A stretch of 61,391 bases of DNA, filler included. It is 10 parts of 10 records of this genome, joined end to end, with 100 filler letters (N's around TTAATTAATTAA, not from the genome) between each part and the next. Parts side by side here need not be neighbours in the genome. Positions count along the whole stretch, not along the records: positions 1 to 15,165 come from SRR7504441_8019; positions 15,266 to 19,337 come from SRR7504441_8025; positions 19,438 to 29,881 come from SRR7504441_8026; 7 more parts are not named here. One strand, given 5' to 3'. The notes below the pieces were generated by a model that searched no databases, was not told the origin of the DNA, and saw only the letters and a list, made by a program, of their open reading frames with translations. Position 1 is the first letter of the stretch, and every line of letters starts with the position of its first letter. Shown here one piece after another: positions 12,195 through 22,400 of the stretch. The position numbers and the translations under genes are program-made.

Positions 12195-15165
12195 CTAACT
12201 TTCCTCCTTTTCGGGAGCTAAAGAGCGGCCTGGAGTGCTCAGCTCGTAACCGCCCACCACCACCGTAGGCCCGCTGATGGCTTTACAGGTCGCTGCCTCG
12301 TTTTTCTCCTCGATCACCTCCAGTTCACAACCTGGGATTCCTGGCAACTGCTCGACTGTGGCTGCTTTGTCTCCGCCGACCAACTTGAGCATCACAGGCA
12401 GCACGACGAGACCGTGGAAGATAGCGAGCACAGCAGCAAGGAACAAAGCTCGAAAGAAGCTCTCAAAGACGTAGCTATTTGACGGCGCCAGCACGACGAT
12501 TGCCAGGAATGTGCTCATAAAACCGTGCCAAACGCACGTGCCCATCTCGACTAGAGCTTGGACTGCTCGGTCTTCCGCAGGGCCCCTGTTGACGACAAAG
12601 GCGTGACCTACATGGCTGGCATAGTCCACCGAGATCCCGATGCTGACGATTGTCATGACCACCGTCACATTATCGATGCGCAATCCCCACCAGTGGATGT
12701 AACCGCAGACTTCGATGATCGTGCAGCAGACAGTGAGGACAACCAAGCTAGCCACAACTGGGTGCGGGATGAGCAGGGCAACGACCACCGTGATGGCCAG
12801 CAGAGCCAGCGCCACATTGCGATGGAACTCATCCTTCACCACTTTAAACCCCTCGTAACTCGGATAGACCGGGCTATACCCGAAAGGATCGCCTTCCGAG
12901 CCGTAAAGAGCGGACGAGTATAATCCAACTGTGCTACGAAACGAATCCATCCCCTTCACCTGGTCGTCGGAATCTGACATCCAGATCTGGTTGCAAGGGA
13001 TCCGGGAGATGGTGATTGGATTACTCGCCGATCCGGTTGCGGAGTTGTCCGTAAAGACCACGTCGTCGCGGTACTGTGAGCCGTCGGAGCCGGCCAAGAA
13101 AGTATTTAGCTGGGTATAGTAGTCAGCCTCAGTGGAAACCGACAATCCGTTGGTAGTTGCCCATTGCTGAAACGCGTACTCCCATGAGCGCACCGACGAG
13201 GACACAATGTAGGGGTCAGACATCATAGACGACCGGAGGGCGCTCATTTGTGACGTCTTTTGCCAGTAGTCAGGATTGCGCACAAACGCATCTAGCCCCA
13301 CCAGCAAGTCAGCACAGCGCTCAGTTGCGGCCGACTTACATGCAATCACTCCGACAGTATTGAAGTATGTGTCATCGACATCCAGATAGTCGAGTGCATA
13401 CGAGCCATCTGGGAAGAACCGATCAAAATCTGAGTCGAATTTCAGCATGATGAAGCCAACCACCCCAGCAGCGAGCACGGCAAAGAATGCAGCTATTGCC
13501 GCGACGTTGCCCCAGATCGAACGGATCAAAGGCCCGCTGAACCATCGAAGGAACCTCTTGACCAGCCCTACCTTGCAGCCTATGCAGTTCCGTATGTCAT
13601 CCTCATCGGGCTTGCTCTCTCCATGTTGCCTCGGAGTGCCATCTGGCTTAGTCTGATCGACATCCGACGGCTTGCCAGAGCAAATACAGCACTCGCAGCA
13701 GCATACACGCCAGCAGCACAAGAAATCGTTCGAGCCCGATGCCCGGCGTTTCTCATCAATTGCAAGGCACGGCACAAACATCAGGACCTGGAAGACCATC
13801 ACAAAGAATATACACACCCCAGTCGTCATACAAAAATACGACAGCGCCGGCAGAACAGTGGCCCCACCAATCAGGAAAGCCACCATGTCTGTTAGCGAGG
13901 TTAGCTGCCCCAGAGTCAGCGTGCGAGCTCATGCATGGAGGCACCAGCACAGCCGAGCCCGAATGGGCCAGAGAGTCGCCAATCCGCTTGGGCACTGGGT
14001 CGGTCGGGTCCGTTAAGTCAAAGGCGGTGGCAATAAGGAAGATGTCGTCCACGCCAAGCCCGAGCAGCAAGAATGGCAACACCTGCACAACATTGGCTCC
14101 GCACACGCAGACACGGCACCTGATGCAGCGGCGTGTAAGGGATCTGGCAGTAGCCACACATAAACCCTAGCCCGGCCACGGCCGCCAGCCCTACCGAAAG
14201 CACCCCTAGCAGCGCGACCCCAAATCGCGTCTGCCCACGTCGGAGCACGCCGAGATTAAAGCAGCAGTAGAGCACACAGAGCAGCACCGCGACGTTGACA
14301 AGCAGCACGTCGGACTTGATCGCGTCGCCGAACTCGTCATTCCGTGTGCGGGCGGCGAATCTATAGACAGTGATCCCATCTAGAGAGAGCCCATCTGCAG
14401 CATCAAGGAACGCCTGCTCCCACGCCTCGGCGCGCGGCGACTCCCAGCCGCCCTTGCTGTCGCGCTGCTCGTCATTGTTCACCACGAATATCAGCTTGGC
14501 TGCTTGGGCGGCAGCAATGTCCCCTGCGCCGTTGTAGCTGATGCCGCCCAGCACGAGGGTAGAGTCTATCTGGGAGCCCCATCGCATCTGCAGCATCCTT
14601 GCCGAACCGTCCGGGTTGGCGTTAAGCGTGCTCAGGATGGCCGATTTAGTGCCCGGCACCGTGTAGCCGAAAGGCTCAAGCGGGTTGTATGCGGTGCAGT
14701 AGCTGCTGTCCGCCATGCTGCAAACGTCGGTCCACCCAAGTGTGCTGCCGTCATAAGTCGCCGTGGCCCCAGCCAGCGCGTTGTACGCATTGAGCATTTG
14801 GTTAAAGTTGGCCGGGGTGGTCATGTCCCCGTCCGCTGGGCTGAGTATCACTGAGCTGTACCGGGCCGCCTTGGGGTAAAACCTCTCCACCACCTTCTTG
14901 TCGTCCGCTGCCTGGCTATCGTTGGGCACCCACAGCTCCTCGGACCGGCCTTCCTTCTCCAGCAGGGCCAACCCACCGCCGAGGGCCAGCGCGAGGACCA
15001 CCGAGGCCAGCACGAACCGCCAGGGCGACTCGGCCATATATCTGCCGATCGCACCGAACTGTTGTCCCGTGAAGGTGAACAGGCTGTTGGACATGTCTAT
15101 GTACCAGCCGCAGCACCCACTCGACTCGGTCGGCGGTCCCGGCACCGCTTCTTCACTGCCTGGCG
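12195..15165 (-). CDS. Patched/NPC1-like sterol-sensing-domain RND membrane protein (5' end at or near the contig edge)
   Basis: EELWVP, LPFLLLGLGVDDIFLI (SSD), LTSLTDMVAFLIG, SIGISVDYASH, FHGLVVLPVML; introns 14083-14119 and 13905-13944 join the ORFs. Confidence 0.9.
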
Positions 15166-15265
15166 NNNNNNNNNNNNNNNNNNNNNNNNNNNNNNNNNNN
15201 NNNNNNNNNTTAATTAATTAANNNNNNNNNNNNNNNNNNNNNNNNNNNNNNNNNNNNNNNNNNNN
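15166..15265. other. Artificial contig spacer N44-TTAATTAATTAA-N44 (also 19338-19437, 29882-29981, 34344-34443, 37870-37969, 42450-42549, 46365-46464, 49654-49753, 57866-57965)
   Basis: Nine identical 100-nt blocks whose core places stop codons in all six frames; genes are truncated at these blocks. Confidence 0.97.
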
Positions 15266-15283
15266 GCTCATGTCATAACGGCA

Positions 15284-16477
15284 ATGGACAGCAGCTCGCG
15301 AGAGGCAGACCTCGCGGCGCACACCGCGGCCCGGATCGGGGACCTGGCCGGGCTGGAGCGGGCACTGGCAGATGGAGCCAGTCCGGACGCCACGGACTTC
15401 CTCGGCCGGTCGGCGCTCAATCGGGCCGCCCGGCTGGGGCACCTAAATTTGGCGCGACGGCTGCTCTCGGCCGGGGCGCGGCTGGACTCGGCGGACGTTA
15501 ACCTCAAGACCGCGGTGGACGTGAGCCGGAGTCCGGAGCTGCGGGATCTGTTGATCGAGCACGCCGAGCGCACTTTGGCGCCTGAGGACCTCCGCGCGCT
15601 GCAGGAGCCGTCCGAGGCCGGACGGCGGGCCGGGTGGATCCCCGTCACGCTCCGGCGGGGCGAAGCGCCGCGGGCGGTCCAGCCGGCCACTGAGTCTGTG
15701 CGCGTGGCGGGTGGGTCTGAGCTGGTTGACCGTTTGTTCGAGTACACAGAGGAGGACCATGAGCGCTTTCAAGCGCGAGGGGTGCATGTAAGCTCCAGGC
15801 TGCTGAGCGAGGCCGGGCTTGCCATGGCCCGGGAGCGGGTCGATCAGGTGCTGGCGCGCGCGGAGCGGTGCGGACAGGCCGACCGGTTGAGGATGTACAA
15901 CCTGCATCAGTGCGGTGAGGCGTGGGTGCTCCAGCTGGCAATGTCGACCGAGGTGCAAAGGTTGGCTCAGGTGCACTGCGGGGGGCCGTGCGAGTTCTAC
16001 CTGAGCCACGTGATAGCCAAGCCGCCGCACAGCGAGTACGCGGTGCCGTGGCACCAGGACTACCGCAAGAATGCTGAGAGTCGCCCGTGCACGATCTGGA
16101 TTGCGTTGGACAACATGACTGAGCAGAACGGGGCAATGGCGTGCCTGCCAGGCTGGCATCGGGGCGTGCTGGCCGTTGAGGACTGCGGCAGTCCGGACTT
16201 CAAGTCGGTGATCAGACCGGAGCTGCTTCCTCAGCCGCTGGCAGAGCACAGTATGAGCTTGGCTGTTGAGGCAGGACAAGCCGTGATAAACCACCCACTG
16301 CTCCCACACATGAGCCCCCCCAACCGGACCGGCCAGTGGCGGCGGGCGCTGCTGCTCCGGTTCAGGCGGCAGGGGTATGTGCCTGCGGGCGGGCCCGCCG
16401 ATTGGGCCTGTGACTTTCGGAATGGGGAGGCTTTTGTGAGGCGAGTGTATGCTTGTGGCGAAACGCCGACGACTTAG
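15284..16477 (+). CDS. Ankyrin repeat + phytanoyl-CoA dioxygenase (PhyH, Fe/2OG) fusion protein
   Basis: Ankyrin GRSALNRAARLGHLNLARRLLSAGA; PhyH motifs IAKPP..VPWHQD, IWIALD..TEQNG, HPLLPHMSPPN..RR; single ORF. Confidence 0.8.
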   Translation: MDSSSREADLAAHTAARIGDLAGLERALADGASPDATDFLGRSALNRAARLGHLNLARRLLSAGARLDSADVNLKTAVDVSRSPELRDLLIEHAERTLAPEDLRALQEPSEAGRRAGWIPVTLRRGEAPRAVQPATESVRVAGGSELVDRLFEYTEEDHERFQARGVHVSSRLLSEAGLAMARERVDQVLARAERCGQADRLRMYNLHQCGEAWVLQLAMSTEVQRLAQVHCGGPCEFYLSHVIAKPPHSEYAVPWHQDYRKNAESRPCTIWIALDNMTEQNGAMACLPGWHRGVLAVEDCGSPDFKSVIRPELLPQPLAEHSMSLAVEAGQAVINHPLLPHMSPPNRTGQWRRALLLRFRRQGYVPAGGPADWACDFRNGEAFVRRVYACGETPTT

Positions 16478-16591
16478 GACTGGGTTCAAAATTCAAGGTT
16501 ATACGTGTACATGTACCTATGCAATGTATGCAATGCCATGTACCGCGTGCATGACCGCGTGTACCGGTACGGTATCTTTATTTTGCGAGAT

Positions 16592-17902
16592 TCAGGAGGG
16601 CTGCTCTAAATTGCATGCCTGGCTCCAGTCGTCATACGAGTAACTAGGGAACCGGGCCGCCCAGTCATCGACCGTGCACAAGCCGTCCGGGCTGGCTTGA
16701 CAGAAGGGCAGATGCACTATTCTCTCGTTGTGGAAAGTTTGGACTTGTCGCCGCCCACTGCAGTCATAGAGCACGAGCAGCAAGTTGGTGGCCATCGGGG
16801 ACACTTGCGACATATTCCACTTGCGCCCCTGCATCAGCTCGTCGGGCGTGTCGGCAGTGAGCACGAACGAGTCGTTATACAGCCCGAGTGCAGCCAGCAA
16901 CGGCAGCACAGTCTCTGCATGCCCAAACCTGAAGCTCCCGCTAAGGTCAGGCAAGGCCCACTCCCGCTGGATCAGCTGCAAGAGCGGCCTGGCCAGCTGC
17001 AGGTTGACCGGCCGGCCGTATCCATACCCGTAAAACTTCTTTAGATCAACGTAGTATTCGATCGCAGAAAGGTCAACACCGTCTAACAGTCGGCAAAGGC
17101 CCGGCTCCTCCGGACTGCCCATCTGCCAAGCATCCTCGGAGAGCATCAGGTAGCCGCAGCTCTTGAGCAGCGCCAGCAGCTCGCCCACGCTCATCTGCAC
17201 GCCCAGACGGCCCGAGAGCAGCCTGGCGGCCTCGGTGAGTCGCTCTCCTTGCTTCCACTTGTCGGACTCCTCGTCCGCCCTCTCGCTGTGAGCCTGATCC
17301 CGCCAGGTCCCGCAGGCATCAAACGCCCGCAGGATCCTGTCCGACTGACTATCCTCAGTCTCACGGCTCTTAACGGGCAGCTGGCTGCCCTGGCCCCATG
17401 CCCCACGCCGGAACCATTCCGCCGACTGGACAGCGCGCCGCTTGTACGAGGCCTCCAAGTTCGCGCGACCGCCGTTGGGACCGACCAGACCGGGGAACAC
17501 CGCGGCCACCCGCCGGCCTAAGCCGGCCAGCTGGCGCTCTCCGCGCGGGGTGAGCGTGCCCAGCTGCTCTTGGGTGTAGTTTGCCAACGGAAGATCGAGC
17601 CGGAGCCCCCGGAGCCGTGCGAACAGCGGGCTGATCTTGCGGCGCCAGTCCTTGGGCGTCGGGTACCGCGCCCCGTGCCGGCTCACTAGCTGGAGCTGCA
17701 CAGGCAGGCAGCCGCGCTCTCGGGCAGCAGCCGCCCCTGCTGAGAGTTCGGACTGGCTGTCGTCGTAGTCGGTCTTGGTGCTGAGCCGGTGGCGGAGGCT
17801 GGCGGGTGCCGGGCAGCTGGGCCTGCCTACGCACTCCTGCCACCGGCCGGGGAGCGCGGCCAGGCAGCCGATCACTAGCATACTCAGTGCTACGAGTCGC
17901 AT
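16592..17902 (-). CDS. Secreted histidine acid phosphatase, multiple inositol polyphosphate phosphatase (MINPP1)/phytase-like
   Basis: Signal peptide MRLVALSMLVIGCLA, LSTKT.Y, catalytic RHGARYP, GTLTPRG, FGHAET, PMATNL. Confidence 0.88.
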   Translation of the reverse strand: MRLVALSMLVIGCLAALPGRWQECVGRPSCPAPASLRHRLSTKTDYDDSQSELSAGAAAARERGCLPVQLQLVSRHGARYPTPKDWRRKISPLFARLRGLRLDLPLANYTQEQLGTLTPRGERQLAGLGRRVAAVFPGLVGPNGGRANLEASYKRRAVQSAEWFRRGAWGQGSQLPVKSRETEDSQSDRILRAFDACGTWRDQAHSERADEESDKWKQGERLTEAARLLSGRLGVQMSVGELLALLKSCGYLMLSEDAWQMGSPEEPGLCRLLDGVDLSAIEYYVDLKKFYGYGYGRPVNLQLARPLLQLIQREWALPDLSGSFRFGHAETVLPLLAALGLYNDSFVLTADTPDELMQGRKWNMSQVSPMATNLLLVLYDCSGRRQVQTFHNERIVHLPFCQASPDGLCTVDDWAARFPSYSYDDWSQACNLEQPS

Positions 17903-17945
17903 TGTGATGCTGTAGCAAAATTCTCTCGAGAGTGACGCCCTCGGC

Positions 17946-19274
17946 ATGGGCTCGGCGACATCGCGCTTCTATCTGGGGGTAGCCTGCTACCGGACGGTGC
18001 TGGCTGTAGCCTACACCCTTGGGTTCGGCCGGGACGCCGCCAAGGTTGATCTTGGCAACCCCGTGGCGCTGTGTCCCTCATGGCTGCCGTACGGCGCCCT
18101 GCTGGCAAAACTGCACCATCCATCTGTCTACCGGGCGCTCTACCATGGGCTGCCGGTGACGCTGATCACGGCGGCCTGCTTCCCCTCCTACTGGCCGGTT
18201 CGGATGCTCGCGGCCGGGCACGCGGCTGTCCAGCACCTGAGCCAGGCGACACTCACTCGCGGGCACGATGAGTATGCCAGCTGCTACACCCTGCTCGCCC
18301 TGGGCTCGCCCTGGGCCCCGGAGGCGCTCGGACCGGGGGTGGCGCTCGGGAGCGCCATATACATGATGTTTGCCTCCGGGGTGTCCAAGCTGGCGGTGGG
18401 CGGGCCGGCAGACTGGTGCAAGCCGGACACCCTGGGGCACATGCTCCGCAAGATAGGCAGCATTCCGCTCCCAGGCGGGGCACTCGCCCCTGGACTGATG
18501 CGCTGGATGCTCACAAAGCCGGCGCTGCTGGCCGGTGGGGCTGCATCGACGCTGGTTTTTGAACTGGGGTCTCCTGCTGCCTTCGCTCTGCCTTCGGGAG
18601 CTCCGATGCTCCTGGCGTGCCTAGCGCTGCACGCGGGGCACGTGGCGCTCATGTCGCTGTACATTGGGCTGCCGTTCGCACTGTGCGGACTTCCGGTGTA
18701 TGCACTTGGCTTTCTCGGCAGCTGGCCACGGGACTCAGCGGCGTGGTGGATTGGACTCGGCTTCTTTGGAATCTATGCTGGGGCGGCCCTTTTGGTTCGG
18801 AGAGACAAGATGCTTCCCGAGGACTGGCCGTGCACCTGCTACCCGCTGTTCGCCCACTCGGGTCGGCAGCACTCTTTGCTCGCCTTGCCGCTCGACTCGT
18901 CTGAGGGCCGGACGAGGCTAGTGGTGTGCACCGACCGCGCGCCCGACCCTCCGATTGGTTGCCTGCTCTCCAAGGAGTCGACCCCGCGGCAGGGCGAGAA
19001 CGCGCAGGGCCCATTGGTGCATGCGGGAAAGGGCGGCGAGGTGCACGATGCCTGGGGCAACTGCTTTGGCTGGACCGCCTCTGTGTGGCCCCGGCTGTAC
19101 CGAGAGGCTAAGGATCCGGTGCACCTGGCGCAGCTGCTGCAGGACCGGCTGCAGGCCGAGCGTCGATGCATGGAGCGTTCGAGCGGGCTGCCGCTCACCC
19201 GGGCTTATGTGATCCGGCTAGAGGAGAAGGAGGACAGAGTGGCCGAGCTTATCAGCGAGTGGGACGCCGCTTAG
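17946..19274 (+). CDS. Multi-pass membrane protein, HTTM/vitamin-K-dependent carboxylase-like
   Basis: Several hydrophobic helices with Y..SGVSKL..GG..W, LVFELG, LHAG and WP...YPLFA motifs typical of HTTM-like proteins. Confidence 0.5.
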   Translation: MGSATSRFYLGVACYRTVLAVAYTLGFGRDAAKVDLGNPVALCPSWLPYGALLAKLHHPSVYRALYHGLPVTLITAACFPSYWPVRMLAAGHAAVQHLSQATLTRGHDEYASCYTLLALGSPWAPEALGPGVALGSAIYMMFASGVSKLAVGGPADWCKPDTLGHMLRKIGSIPLPGGALAPGLMRWMLTKPALLAGGAASTLVFELGSPAAFALPSGAPMLLACLALHAGHVALMSLYIGLPFALCGLPVYALGFLGSWPRDSAAWWIGLGFFGIYAGAALLVRRDKMLPEDWPCTCYPLFAHSGRQHSLLALPLDSSEGRTRLVVCTDRAPDPPIGCLLSKESTPRQGENAQGPLVHAGKGGEVHDAWGNCFGWTASVWPRLYREAKDPVHLAQLLQDRLQAERRCMERSSGLPLTRAYVIRLEEKEDRVAELISEWDAA

Positions 19275-19437
19275 CGCCTAACCTCTCTATAGTCTAATAT
19301 ATATACATGTATAGATACATTTATTCGTGAAGTCGAGNNNNNNNNNNNNNNNNNNNNNNNNNNNNNNNNNNNNNNNNNNNNTTAATTAATTAANNNNNNN
19401 NNNNNNNNNNNNNNNNNNNNNNNNNNNNNNNNNNNNN

Positions 19438-22400
19438 CTCACTACCACACTGTGGAGAACACCGTGCCGCCTTCTATGACTTAATGCGCTGCCATATTGC
19501 AAGCAGTGCGGTGTTGAAAGCGCGCGTTTGCAAATGCGTGCTACCGTTGTCTGCTCATTAGGCCGGGAGGCATATAATGCTTTCAGCTTAGCAATGTTAC
19601 TCAAGCTCAGCAACGCATCCTGGTGATCCGTGACAAAGTCGATTAAGCAGGCTAATTCATTGATGTGGGCTACCGATGTGATCTTTGAAGCCATTTGCTT
19701 GCACGTTTCGATGGAGCCTATTAAGCTGGCCTGCTCGATGAATCGGTGCGCAGCCACGCTTGCTAGTTCTGCGGCTGGCAAGCTTGCATATTCGGGAAAT
19801 TGTTGGCACACCAACGCGATGCTTTGCAAGAGATACACTTCAAGGTGTGGTTTGGCCACTTTCACCGAAACCGCGTCACTGTCATGAACAAATGTGTGTA
19901 CAAGGCATGTGGCAGTACGGTGGGCTGCTGTGAAGCCATGGTATGTCAGCGATTTAGCATGAAATGTGACTTTTGTTCCAAGGTCCTCCCATGTCTGCCC
20001 AAAGACTGAGCATAAGACGTTCGCTCCAATTGCCCCAGCATCCCAGAATGTTTGCGGATTTAGAAAACTCGAGACCCAAACTTCGAGTGAGGTCTGGACT
20101 GGGCGTGGGCGTGTTTGAATCGCTGTCGGCCTCCCAAGTCCATCGGGTACTTCAAGCTGGCCGCCCTGCCATAACGTCCGAACGGCCCTTATTGATTCCC
20201 ATAGTACCACTTTGTTGATCAAGAAGTTCTGAGGTTGCAAAGCAAAGTCAACTACGTTCCAACCAGCTCCAAAACTGATATCAACACGGCCACCTGACAA
20301 GTTGTCAACCATTGCCCAATCTTCGGCAACGCGGATAGGTGTAGCGTGCTGTGGAGTATTCACACTGCCTGCACGCAATCTGATACTCCAAGTAAGCCGA
20401 GCCAATGATGCTACGAGAGGGTTTGGGTTCGGAAATGTACCACCAAAGGCGGCAAAGTGACGCTCGGGAAACCATGCAGCCTTAAAATCAAGTTTGTCTG
20501 CAGCGCACACCGCGTCAACAACGAAGTCGTATGTTTGTGGAGCGTCATCAGTGTCAGAACCAAAAAAAAGAATGCTGAATTCTAAGTGCTGCGACTTCTG
20601 CTCTGTTATGCCATTTCCTGGCGCGTTGTTTTCGTCCGACCTTACCGGCTCGTGACAGGTCGCAATCACGGTCTCGCCGACCTTAGGACTTGGCGACTTT
20701 TCCTCAGCAACAGACAGCAATTGCTTCGGCTCTGGTGATCCAGACAAGACTTGCGCAACACGAAAGATGGTTTTATGGACAATTACCATTTCGAGTGTCA
20801 CTGGAATTCCAAGGTCGTCGTTGGCTCTCTGCACCATTGTTACCAGTTTCACCGAATTCAGTGCGTTACCTAGAAGCTCTGAATCGACATGTACCGAATG
20901 TCCCGCGAGATCTGTCGCCACATTTGTGAGCAGAGAGCACACATGATCCTCTGGGCCCAAATTCATTGAACCATTTGTCGTTTCAGCTGCCGGTACACCG
21001 TCGTCTTGCGATCTAGATGGTTCTTGTGATCTCGATGGTTCTCCCCGACAAACGGACGCAGCACGTATACTTGCTGGCGGGTCACCAGTAGCTGGGCTGC
21101 TTGATGCAAAGTGATTTGTGGGAATCAAGACAGGCGGCGCACAACAGTGATGAGCTGCTAGGTTGTGGCAGCCTACTTTTGCATCGACATCACAGTGCTC
21201 AAGTATGATATGAACGTTTAAACCGCTCACAGAGTGCCCATTGATTGAAGTCATAATTGGTTGGTTGAGCTCACAGGCTCGAGGCAAGGATGTAGGAAGA
21301 TGCACAGCTGATACCTCGGACACAGCTCCAATGGTTGGCCAACACTTGACAGCAACTGGGACCACACGATTCTGCATGCACAACGCTGATACAACAATAG
21401 CAAATATTCCTGAAGCAAGAGTGGTATGCCCAATGCTTGCCTTGTGAGAAGCTAGTGCAAGAGGCGACAAGGCGCGATCCTGCGTCAGAGTTGGCAGTAC
21501 TCCCAGAGCCTCGGGGACATCTGCTGCTGGGTTTCCTGTAGCATGCAGGTGTGCGATGGCCATCGTGCCATCCTTTGCATGGCGAAGAGCAGCTGTAACC
21601 ACTTCGCGGATCTTCATTGGGTCAACAAAGCCAACCGGTAGCCTTGCACTGTTGAAACCTAAGCTCGTAGCGGCAACTGAAAGCGATGGCAGAGCTATTG
21701 CTTCCTGATCACTCTCGAGATAAACGGCTGCGCAGCCCTCTCCGACTACTTGGCCATCAGCAGACATGCTCAGTGGCGCCATGTTGCCTGAAAGTGAAAG
21801 GATTCCCTTCTCGATATCTTGGAGCCGGGTATCCACTTTAAGTAAAAGGCCTGCTCCTCCAACCACAGCTTGGTTGCAAGTTCTGTCAGATAGTAGAAAG
21901 CTCTGTATGGCGTTGTGCACAGCAGCATATCCTGCTGAGCATACAGCATCCGAGTTGGAGTGCGGTCCGCTACAACCCAGGTCATGTGCAACCAACCGAG
22001 CAAGGAGGAACGGTGCAACTGGTACTAAAAAATCATTGAGAAAAGCAGCCGTGAAGATTCCAACTCCTTCAAGATTCGATTTGGACTGTGATTGGCCTAA
22101 AGTGCCACGCATGGACTCAGACATCACTTCAACTAGAAGCAAGATGTGTGAATCGATTTGATTCACTCGTATCTCTGCGATGTCCATGAAAGCGCCATTG
22201 TGCAAGGCGCTTGGCGCACTGGCAGCACGGCAAGCTGCCTTCCATCGAGGTGGCGCATTGCTTGTGATTTTGGTCGAGCTTGAGCTCAAGATGCTCCACA
22301 GATGCCCTGGCAACGTGCACCCAGCTGCTTTGCAAGCAATGCTGGCGATTGTAGCGCGTCGCTTGGGGATTTGAGATGGCGGTAGCACTTCGATTTTCTG

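Noticed and set aside
21004-21042. 18-nt tandem duplication (EPSRSQ x2) in PKS-A
   Set aside because: A simple slippage duplication in a disordered linker.
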